NCBI GenBank assembly: GCA_018268375.1
Contig: JAFDWS010000005.1
Coordinates: forward strand, 89,474 to 153,473
Direction of reading: 5' to 3'
Source: Armatimonadota bacterium
GTDB lineage: Bacteria; Armatimonadota; Fimbriimonadia; Fimbriimonadales; Fimbriimonadaceae
DNA length: 64,000 nucleotides
Part shown: in pieces, positions 21,148 to 28,126 of the stretch
How positions within the stretch are numbered: position 1 is the first letter of the stretch
How the letters are laid out: each line of letters begins with the position of its first letter
Translations under genes and position numbers: made by a program
Notes under the pieces: generated by a model
What the model was told of the DNA's origin: nothing
Seen by the model: only the letters and a program-made list of their open reading frames with translations
The model's database searches: none

Positions 21148-21364
21148 GTGACCTCTGCTCGGAGGTCAATCAAGGGCAAGAGGCCCTGTGCCGCGGAGTT
21201 GTCCACGCCAGGCCGTCCTCATGCTCGTGAGTGACCGTTTCTTGGCAGGTCGGGCATTCGGACTTTCACCGTTGCGGCACAGTGCCGGAGTTCCACCGGC
21301 TTCCCCCATTCCCCGACTCATCGGGGCCTGTCAAGAACACGAGCATAGCAGAACGAGAAAATAC

Positions 21365-21403
21365 GAAACATGTAGACAAATATGGAGTATTATGTCTACA
21401 TGT
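21365..21403 (+). promoter_or_regulatory. putative promoter with embedded 11-nt inverted repeat (candidate operator) upstream of the radical SAM gene
   Basis: ACATGTAGACA (21368-21378) and its exact reverse complement TGTCTACATGT (21393-21403). -35-like GAAACA (21365-21370), 17-nt spacer, -10-like TATTAT (21388-21393). The same 11-mer occupies the same register in the lexA promoter. Confidence 0.5.
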
Positions 21404-22257
21404 CCGCACAGATGGCGTTGTTTGAACTCGAGTCCGGCCTAAACGTGCCGGATCGCATCGGGCACGCTCGGGTCTCTCGACGCCGGGTGCGGCAAATCCT
21501 GACCAAGCCGACCGGCGTTCTCGCAGGATTGGACTTCACGCTCAACCCCTATGGCGGTTGCAGCTTTGGTTGCGCCTACTGCTATGCCGCTTTCTTCCAA
21601 CCTGACGAGGCGAAGGCGGCAGATTGGGGCAACTGGGTGGAGGTCAAGGAGAACGCGCTCGACCTGCTTAGAGGCGAGCCTGGCTTGGCGGGCTCGCGTC
21701 TCCTCATCGGATCGGTCACGGATCCCTACCAACCACTAGAGCGTAAGACTGGCTTGACTCGGTCGCTCTTGGAGCACATGGCGAAGCTCAGCCCCCAGCC
21801 GCGCGTCATCGTGCAGACTCGGTCACCTATCGTTGTCCAGGACATCGATGTCCTCCTACGATTCAAAGATCTGCGCGTGAATATGTCGGTCACCACCGAC
21901 GACGACGCAGTTCGCAAACGTTACGAACCGCTGTGCGCCAGCATCGGGCGTCGTCTCGATGCGGTAAGGCGCCTGTCGGAGTCTGGGGTGCGGGCCGGTC
22001 TTAGCCTGGCGCCCCTTCTTCCGATATCAAACGTCGGCGAGTTCGCGAAGACGATCAACAAACTTGGCATCGAAAGCGCGTGGACCGGGTACTTCCACCC
22101 AGGCACGAGGCGTTTCGCATCCGGCACCCGTGAAAATGCGCTTGTGCTTGCCAAAGAAGACGGATGGAACTTCGAACGTTACTTGGAGACGGTCTCCGAA
22201 CTGCGCAAATTAGTTCCTGTCCTCAAGAAGTACAACGAGGACGAGAAGGCTTCTTAG
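21400..22257 (+). CDS. SPL-family radical SAM protein (COG1533 DNA repair photolyase-like)
   Basis: ORF 21382..22257. CxxxCxxC cluster in NPYGGCSFGCAYCYA and downstream GSVTDPYQP, typical of the SplB-like family. In-frame starts at 21382, 21400 and 21412; 21400 chosen relative to the predicted promoter. Confidence 0.85.
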   Translation: MSAQMALFELESGLNVPDRIGHARVSRRRVRQILTKPTGVLAGLDFTLNPYGGCSFGCAYCYAAFFQPDEAKAADWGNWVEVKENALDLLRGEPGLAGSRLLIGSVTDPYQPLERKTGLTRSLLEHMAKLSPQPRVIVQTRSPIVVQDIDVLLRFKDLRVNMSVTTDDDAVRKRYEPLCASIGRRLDAVRRLSESGVRAGLSLAPLLPISNVGEFAKTINKLGIESAWTGYFHPGTRRFASGTRENALVLAKEDGWNFERYLETVSELRKLVPVLKKYNEDEKAS

Positions 22258-22266
22258 CGCACTCCA

Positions 22267-22539
22267 TCACCGGTAGCGGTAGACGATGCGTGCACGGTTC
22301 AGATCGTATGGCGAGACGCTGACGCGGACGCGGTCGCCGGTCAGGATGCGGATCCAATGCTTGCGCATCTTTCCGCTGATGTATGCGAGGATTTCGGTCT
22401 CGGTGTCGTCGAGCTTGACCCGGAACTGAGCGTTCGGAAGGTTTTCGATGACGGTGCCGTCCAACTCGATGCCCTCTTCCTTGTCTGAGTCCTCGGTCTT
22501 CTTCTTGACCGGGCCGCGATATCTGCCTCTTCCTGCCAT
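22267..22539 (-). CDS. infA: translation initiation factor IF-1 with ~20-aa basic N-terminal extension
   Basis: The core [65 protein letters not shown] aligns with the IF-1 S1-like fold. Confidence 0.95.
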   Translation of the reverse strand: MAGRGRYRGPVKKKTEDSDKEEGIELDGTVIENLPNAQFRVKLDDTETEILAYISGKMRKHWIRILTGDRVRVSVSPYDLNRARIVYRYR

Positions 22540-22548
22540 AGGTTTGGT

Positions 22549-23295
22549 TTATTCGACCGTGAGGATCTCGGGGCCGTCTCGAGTGACGGCGACCGTGTGC
22601 TCAAAGTGCGCGCTCAGTTTACCGTCTTCTGTGACCATGGTCCAGCCGTCCTCCAGAGTGACCACTCCTGCCTTCCCTTCGTTCACCATCGGTTCGATAC
22701 AGATGGTCGTCCCTTCCCGCAACATCGGCCCCGTTCCCGGGCGACCGAAATTAGGCACGCTCGGCTCTTCGTGCAGGCTCCGGCCGATACCGTGCCCCAC
22801 AAGCTCGGTGACGACCGAATAGCCGTTTCCTTCAACGTACTTCTGCACAGTCGAGGCGATGTCGCCCACCTTGTTGCCGGCCTTTGCGCGATTGATCCCT
22901 TGCATCAGAGCTTCCTGTGTGATGTTGAGGAGGCGTTCGGCGTTCTTTGAGATCTTGCCGACCGGAAACGTCCAAGCGCTGTCGGCATGGAACCCGTCCT
23001 TCAGCACACCGAAGTCGAGGTCGATCACATCGCCCTCCTGGAGTGGCTTGTCGTCCGGGATTCCGTGGATGACCACGTTGTTCACGCTTATGCACGTCGA
23101 GGCTGGGTATCCCCGGTACCCGAGGAAACTCGGCCTCCCGCCCTTTTCGCGGATCAACTTCTCGGCGAGTTCGTCGAGCTGACGAGGAGTGACCCCTGGC
23201 TTGATCTCCTCACTGACCATTCTTAGAGTCCAGGCGACGATCTTGCCCGACTCGCGGATCTTGGCGATCTCGCTCTCCTTCTTCAAAATGATCAT
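22549..23295 (-). CDS. map: type I methionine aminopeptidase
   Basis: 248 aa. Metal-ligand contexts DVIDLDFG, GHGIG, ICIEPM and FEHTV. Confidence 0.97.
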   Translation of the reverse strand: MIILKKESEIAKIRESGKIVAWTLRMVSEEIKPGVTPRQLDELAEKLIREKGGRPSFLGYRGYPASTCISVNNVVIHGIPDDKPLQEGDVIDLDFGVLKDGFHADSAWTFPVGKISKNAERLLNITQEALMQGINRAKAGNKVGDIASTVQKYVEGNGYSVVTELVGHGIGRSLHEEPSVPNFGRPGTGPMLREGTTICIEPMVNEGKAGVVTLEDGWTMVTEDGKLSAHFEHTVAVTRDGPEILTVE

Positions 23296-23413
23296 AAGGG
23301 GGACGGGATTTTACTGCCAGCACCTGGGTGGGCTCGGGCAGGGGGCTGTCCAAACCAGAGGAGGCGCAGAGTCTTCCCCCGCGCCACCTTCGATTCAGAC
23401 AGAGGATCTGGCT

Positions 23414-24334
23414 TTAGTTGCCAGAGCCGAAGATGTTGATGCCGAACCGGTCAAGGATGAAGACCGCGTTGGCGACCTGGTTCAAGATGTCCGTGTTGAT
23501 GTTGCCGTTGTTCGGCACGTATATCGTGTCACCCGGTTGAAGCTTGATGTTCTGAGCAAAGTCGCTTTTCTTGTAGAACGCCACCAGGCTGCATTGGATC
23601 ATGTAGTACTGATCCGTCGATCCAGGCCGCGGCCGGACGACGACGATACGGCTCTGCCGCGCGCGGTTCTGGATCGCACCACCAGCTCCGGTGACCGCGG
23701 TCACGAGATCCATGCCCTCTTCGTAAGGAATGTTCTTCGGCTGATAGACCTCGCCAAAGACCCTGACGTAAGAGTTCTTCTTCTGAGGGACGTTGATCGT
23801 GTCGCCGTCCTTCAGTTCGTAGTTCTGCGACAGGTTGTTCGTCGCGACCATCGAGTAAAGGTCAAGCGGGATCGTCTCGGTCCAGCCCTTGCGCTGAAAA
23901 GTCGCTCGACGTGTGTCGCCAAGGCGGTCGTCCACCTGGCCAAGCGCAATGAGGTCGCGAACTGTCGCGGCAGGTCGGACAGCGTACTGACCAGCTTTGC
24001 CCACCGCACCTTGGATGGTGACGAGGTTCGCGCGAACGCTTACGACGGTCACCGACACCCGAGGGTTGCGCAGCCGCAACTTGGACTTGTAAATGTCGGC
24101 GAGCTCTGTCTCAAGCTCTGACGTCGTCTTGCCGATCGCACGGATCGTGCCGGCGAACGGCGCCGAAATGTTGCCGTCCGGCATGACCACGACCTGCGCC
24201 GCCATTTGGGGCTCGTCAAAGACGGCGATGGCAAGTCGGTCTTCTTCCTGAATCCGATAGGTGCCGCTCTGGGATTGTGCAGAGCACAACGAGGCCAACA
24301 AGAGGGCAATCCCAAACATCCATATTCGCGACAT
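23414..24334 (-). CDS. polysaccharide export protein (Wza/KpsD-like, Poly_export + SLBB)
   Basis: ORF 23414..24988. Real start taken as ATG 24334 (MSRIWMFGIALLLASLCSAQ signal). Motifs YRIQEEDRLAIAVF, PDGNISAPFAGTIRAIGKTTSELE and two SLBB-like blocks (V.I.GAVGKAGQY, VRVFGEVYQPKNIPY). The upstream Arg-rich 218 codons overlap rsmI and are rejected. Confidence 0.85.
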   Translation of the reverse strand: MSRIWMFGIALLLASLCSAQSQSGTYRIQEEDRLAIAVFDEPQMAAQVVVMPDGNISAPFAGTIRAIGKTTSELETELADIYKSKLRLRNPRVSVTVVSVRANLVTIQGAVGKAGQYAVRPAATVRDLIALGQVDDRLGDTRRATFQRKGWTETIPLDLYSMVATNNLSQNYELKDGDTINVPQKKNSYVRVFGEVYQPKNIPYEEGMDLVTAVTGAGGAIQNRARQSRIVVVRPRPGSTDQYYMIQCSLVAFYKKSDFAQNIKLQPGDTIYVPNNGNINTDILNQVANAVFILDRFGINIFGSGN

Positions 24335-24399
24335 ATTTCCGCAACCTTGCGACACGGGGCCTACCCGCACTCGCTGCATTATACCTAGACACAGACGGT

Positions 24400-25080
24400 T
24401 CAGGGCTGGTTCCTGCGCCTCCCTTCGACAACAAGTGTGAACTCGCCCTTGCGAGGGACTTGCTGTTCGGTCGGCAACTCGGGCAGGGTTCCGCGCCAAA
24501 CCTGCTGGTGCTTCTTCGTCAATTCTCGGCACACTACGTACCTTCTGGAGCCGAGGGCCCGGTGGCAAGCCTCGAGCGTTGACCCGATCCGGTAGGGAGA
24601 TTCGAAGAGCACGAGCGTTAGAGAAGATTCTGCGAACGGAGCAAGCGCTTCCGCCGCAGGCCCCGCTTTGCGGCTCAAGAATCCAAGGAAAGCAAACCGC
24701 TGCGCAAAGAAACCACTGTGCGCGAGGGCCGTCGTCACTGCGGAGGGCCCGGGGACGACGTCGACCTCTACACCTCGCTCTTGGCAGGCTTCGATGAGTT
24801 CCGCTCCTGGGTCGCTGACAACGGGAACGCCCGCGTCGGAGACGAGTGCGACCACTTGCTCTTCCGCTATCTCGGCGAGCGCTCCGATTTGCTTCGGAGA
24901 GGTGTGGTCGTTCAGAACGCGCATCGGCTTTTTCACTCCGAGCACCATCTGGAGCTTTCCGGTTACGCGGGTGTCTTCGACGAGCCAAAGGTCCGCCTCG
25001 GAAAGCTCGCGCTTAGCCCTTGGGGAAAAGTCCTCAAGGTTGCCGATCGGAGTGGCCACCACGACAAGACGACCCGCCAA
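24400..25080 (-). CDS. rsmI: 16S rRNA (cytidine1402-2'-O)-methyltransferase
   Basis: LVVVATPIGNLEDFSPRA...EDTR...VSDAGVPVVSDPG matches the RsmI tetrapyrrole-methylase-fold signature. Confidence 0.92.
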   Translation of the reverse strand: MAGRLVVVATPIGNLEDFSPRAKRELSEADLWLVEDTRVTGKLQMVLGVKKPMRVLNDHTSPKQIGALAEIAEEQVVALVSDAGVPVVSDPGAELIEACQERGVEVDVVPGPSAVTTALAHSGFFAQRFAFLGFLSRKAGPAAEALAPFAESSLTLVLFESPYRIGSTLEACHRALGSRRYVVCRELTKKHQQVWRGTLPELPTEQQVPRKGEFTLVVEGRRRNQP

Positions 25081-25089
25081 ACCGCCGCC

Positions 25090-26796
25090 TCACTTTTTGC
25101 TGGGCGTGTCGGACTTCGAAGCATCAGGCTTGTTAGGCGCCGGCTCATCGAGCTTCTTCAACTCGTCCTCCACGCCCTTGTTATCCTTTGGCTTCTCGGT
25201 CTCTTGCTTCGCCTCTTCGGCCCGCTCTTTCCGCCATCGAGCCAGCTCGTTGTCGATCTCTTCGAGGATTTCCTTGCTGACCTTGCCGTCCTTCTTGGCG
25301 GCGGTGACCTTGCTTACAATGCTACTGTTAGCCCCGACACTGTTCTGGTCGGTGCCTGAGTTGTTCCTCGCCGCTTCCAGGAGGGCGTCGCCGGCCTTCT
25401 CATAGTCAGCCATCCGGACATAGTTGTCGTAGATAGCCAGGCGGAGGTCGGTGCTTTCGGTGATCGTCGTCACTTCTTCGAGCACCCGCGAACGCTCTTC
25501 AAGAAGATCCTTCTGCTGCTCCTGGGGCGTAGCCAGGAAATATGCCTCGAAGGCGGCGTATCGGCCGAGGATGCGCATCCTTTGGCCGAGGACGTCGGTG
25601 ACCTGGAGCTTGCCCAACGCGTCGGACAGTTCCTTCATCTTCGCGGCCTTTTGCTCACGGTTCAGCTGTCCCGGATTCCGCTCTGACTCGTAGACCTGGT
25701 AAGCGATATGGCAGGCTTCGTTCGACCACTTGAGCGTGCTGTCCTTCTTCAGCGCGTCGAGATCCTTGGTGACGGCCTTGCGGACTTCTTCGCTCTTGAA
25801 CTGGCTGAGGTACTGGTCTTTGTTCTTGTCGAAATCTGCGGGCAGGTTTTGCTTCTTGTCGACGAGATAGTAGATGGAGTAGGAGCCGAACTCGTCCATC
25901 ACGTCTGAAACTCCACCCGGCTTCAAATCGAGGAGCGGTTTCAGCGCAGGGTTCAGCCCAATGATCATGCGCGTGTAACCGATCGGTGCCGTTGGCTGGC
26001 CCTTTCCGTATCGGGCCATCGCATCGTCGAACTTCAGCCCCGCCTTGATTTCCGCCAGGGCGCTGTCGGCCGCCTTCTTCTTGTCCTCGGGCTTCATTTT
26101 CGGGTCGGAGAACGTGAGGCGTTTGATGTTGAGGGTCTCGAACTCTTGCTTGAGCTGGTCGAGCGTTACGTTCGTCGTCACCTCATAGCTGTCCGCCAGG
26201 GCTAGGCCTGTGACGGCTTTCTCGATCTTCGGCCCGTCGCTCGTCTTCAATTTGGCGAGGAGATCGGCGAGGTTGTCCTTATGCATTTCGTCCGGCGTCT
26301 TACCGGTGAGTTTCTTGAACTCTGCGGCGAACTCAGCATCGGTCGCCCCTGCTTTGAGCTTGCCTTGCTGCACAAGCTGCATTTTCTGCCCGTCGAGGCT
26401 GGTCTTGAACTGCTTGTTGAACACGTTCGTGATGACCTTTTCGTCGACCTTGATGCCCCGTTGCTTGGCGAGGATGGTCGTGGCGGCGATGTTCATCGAG
26501 TCGTCGAGCGCCCGGCACAAACTGTAGAACTCAAGCTTGGGGTCGCCCGTGCTTGGGTTTTGCTTCTGGTTTTCCGCCTCCATGTCGAGAACGTCTTGCC
26601 CGAGCACTTGCTCGCCCGAGACAGTCACCACGACCGGATTGGCGGCTCCCTCGCCCCCCGGCCCGTTCGCTCCCGTAAACAATCCACGGCAGGTCCCCGT
26701 GAAGAGCAGTCCGACTGCTACGAAGAACATCGTGATGAAGGCGAGCACTTGGCACCCCTTCTTTTCGAACATGGCTCGGACTTTGCTGATCGACAA
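25090..26796 (-). CDS. PpiD/SurA-like periplasmic chaperone with degenerate parvulin domain
   Basis: N-terminal anchor QVLAFITMFFVAVGLLF, a long helical SurA_N-like region, a parvulin-like block (IKAGLKFDDAMARYG...GGVSDVMDEFGSYSIYYLV) and a Lys/Glu-rich tail. Confidence 0.7.
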   Translation of the reverse strand: MSISKVRAMFEKKGCQVLAFITMFFVAVGLLFTGTCRGLFTGANGPGGEGAANPVVVTVSGEQVLGQDVLDMEAENQKQNPSTGDPKLEFYSLCRALDDSMNIAATTILAKQRGIKVDEKVITNVFNKQFKTSLDGQKMQLVQQGKLKAGATDAEFAAEFKKLTGKTPDEMHKDNLADLLAKLKTSDGPKIEKAVTGLALADSYEVTTNVTLDQLKQEFETLNIKRLTFSDPKMKPEDKKKAADSALAEIKAGLKFDDAMARYGKGQPTAPIGYTRMIIGLNPALKPLLDLKPGGVSDVMDEFGSYSIYYLVDKKQNLPADFDKNKDQYLSQFKSEEVRKAVTKDLDALKKDSTLKWSNEACHIAYQVYESERNPGQLNREQKAAKMKELSDALGKLQVTDVLGQRMRILGRYAAFEAYFLATPQEQQKDLLEERSRVLEEVTTITESTDLRLAIYDNYVRMADYEKAGDALLEAARNNSGTDQNSVGANSSIVSKVTAAKKDGKVSKEILEEIDNELARWRKERAEEAKQETEKPKDNKGVEDELKKLDEPAPNKPDASKSDTPSKK

Positions 26797-26875
26797 CTGG
26801 CGTGGCTCCTAAGGTTCATTCGAACCAGGCTGGGATTATGGCATGGGCAGGGCGCACGGCCATGGTCATAAGGGG

Positions 26876-26904
26876 TTGACATGTAGACATTTATTGGCTA
26901 TAAT
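26876..26904 (+). promoter_or_regulatory. lexA: sigma70-type lexA promoter (TTGACA-17-TATAAT)
   Basis: Consensus TTGACA at 26876-26881 and TATAAT at 26899-26904 with an exact 17-nt spacer, about 42 nt upstream of lexA ATG 26946. Confidence 0.65.
26879..26889 (+). promoter_or_regulatory. candidate operator box 1 (ACATGTAGACA) overlapping the -35 and spacer of the lexA promoter
   Basis: Exact 11-mer shared with both arms of the inverted repeat at 21368-21403. It contains the ATGT-NN-ACAT dyad. Confidence 0.5.
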
Positions 26905-26916
26905 CCGGTGTGCAGG

Positions 26917-26926
26917 ATGTAGAAAT
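26917..26926 (+). promoter_or_regulatory. candidate operator box 2 (ATGTAGAAAT), just downstream of the predicted lexA transcription start
   Basis: 9/10 match to ATGTAGACAT of box 1, in direct orientation, 36 nt downstream of box 1. Confidence 0.35.
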
Positions 26927-26945
26927 CCAGCAAGGAAAGCGGTTC

Positions 26946-27575
26946 ATGGCGAAGGGACTCACAAAGCGGCAAGAGAACATCCTCCAGTTCGTGACGGACT
27001 ACGTTCAACAGGAGGGCTATCCACCGTCCATCCGCGAGATCGGGACTCAGTTCAAGATCGGATCGCTCCGCGGGGTCACTGTCCATCTCGACGCGCTCGA
27101 GCGCAAAGGGTTCATTGAACGGTCCAACACGCCCCGATCGATCAAGATCAAACACCCCGCCTACCAAGCTTCGAACAAGGTCATCATGTTGCCCTTGCTA
27201 GGCCAGATCGCAGCCGGTGCCCCCATCCTGGCCACCGAGCACGTCGAAAACCTCGTCCCTGTTCCGACCGAGATGGTTCGGAACATGCAGGGTGCTTTTG
27301 TTCTCCGAGTGAAAGGTGACTCGATGTCGGGCGAGGGCATCAACCCGCGCGATCTGGTCGTGGTCAAGCCTCAACAGGCCGCGAACCACGGCGATCTCGT
27401 TGCCGTCCTCCTCGGAGAGGAAGCGACGGTCAAGCGCATCCACTTCAACGGCCCTCAAGTACGGCTGATGCCAAGCAACCCAGCGTATGATCCGATCGTG
27501 ATAGACCGGGAAGACGCTCGTGTCATCGGCAAGATCGTCGGGTTGATGCGGGACTACGAAGGCATGGCCTTTTAG
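26946..27575 (+). CDS. lexA: LexA repressor
   Basis: ORF 26910..27575. Conserved start MAKGLTKRQENILQFV, winged HTH (PSIREIG...S...V..HL.ALE.KGFI), Ala-Gly cleavage site (QIAAGAPI), catalytic Ser (GDSM) and Lys (VKR). Confidence 0.95.
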   Translation: MAKGLTKRQENILQFVTDYVQQEGYPPSIREIGTQFKIGSLRGVTVHLDALERKGFIERSNTPRSIKIKHPAYQASNKVIMLPLLGQIAAGAPILATEHVENLVPVPTEMVRNMQGAFVLRVKGDSMSGEGINPRDLVVVKPQQAANHGDLVAVLLGEEATVKRIHFNGPQVRLMPSNPAYDPIVIDREDARVIGKIVGLMRDYEGMAF

Positions 27576-28126
27576 GGGCCGGTCAAGTAGTCCAGCCTGC
27601 GTTGGCGGCGGTCGCCCGACCGTTGTTCTTGGCGCACGATTCCGACGTCGGCGACAAACACCGTCTTCAGTTCGATCGGCGCGGGGCCACCAACAAGAGC
27701 GATGGTCGACATGACGCCGTCCACCTGCCTTCCTCCTACAGTCTCTTTGACCGGGGCCACCGAGAGATTGGCGGAACATTTTTCTGTCCGGCCGCCAGAC
27801 CGAACGAGGCCTTGCCAGGTCTTGCCTTTGCCCGAAAGCAAAGGAAGGGGAGGTTCGAACCTTTGTCCGTTCAATTGGACGGCAATTAGGGTGTCGCCGG
27901 ACCACCCCAGGGAGGAGACCCCCATCGATCCTTTGACCTCCCAACCTTCGACCGGGCCGACCGGCACTCTGCGCGTGACCCTGACGTCGTCGACAAAGGT
28001 ATCAAAGTCGGTCTGCACCGAGTACGTCCAGTGACTGCCCTTGTCCAGTGGCATCAAGCGCCCTTGGCCGCCACAGCCCACAGCGAAGCCGAGCGCACAG
28101 GCTAGGCACAACAGGTTTGACCTCAC
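27572..28126 (-). CDS. hypothetical lipoprotein
   Basis: 184 aa. Lipobox LGFAVGC near the N-terminus. GTG start overlaps the pcrA stop (GTGA). Confidence 0.65.
   Translation of the reverse strand: MRSNLLCLACALGFAVGCGGQGRLMPLDKGSHWTYSVQTDFDTFVDDVRVTRRVPVGPVEGWEVKGSMGVSSLGWSGDTLIAVQLNGQRFEPPLPLLSGKGKTWQGLVRSGGRTEKCSANLSVAPVKETVGGRQVDGVMSTIALVGGPAPIELKTVFVADVGIVRQEQRSGDRRQRRLDYLTGP

Noticed and set aside
20174-21348. 10-mer CACGAGCATG at about 20174, its reverse complement at about 21221 and a 9/10 copy at about 21338, flanking the prepilin-like gene; considered as terminal inverted repeats of an insertion
   Set aside because: There is no extended similarity beyond the 10-mer, and thousands of chance 10-mer repeats are expected in 64 kb. 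No transposase or target duplication is present.
24335-24988. N-terminal 218 codons of the 524-aa ORF 23414..24988
   Set aside because: This Arg-rich extension overlaps rsmI in another frame. An internal ATG at 24334 gives a proper signal peptide for the Wza-like protein. Similar over-extended track ORFs were trimmed at 9520, 10641, 11735, 14689, 26910, 30330, 34887, 48740, 53298 and 55656.
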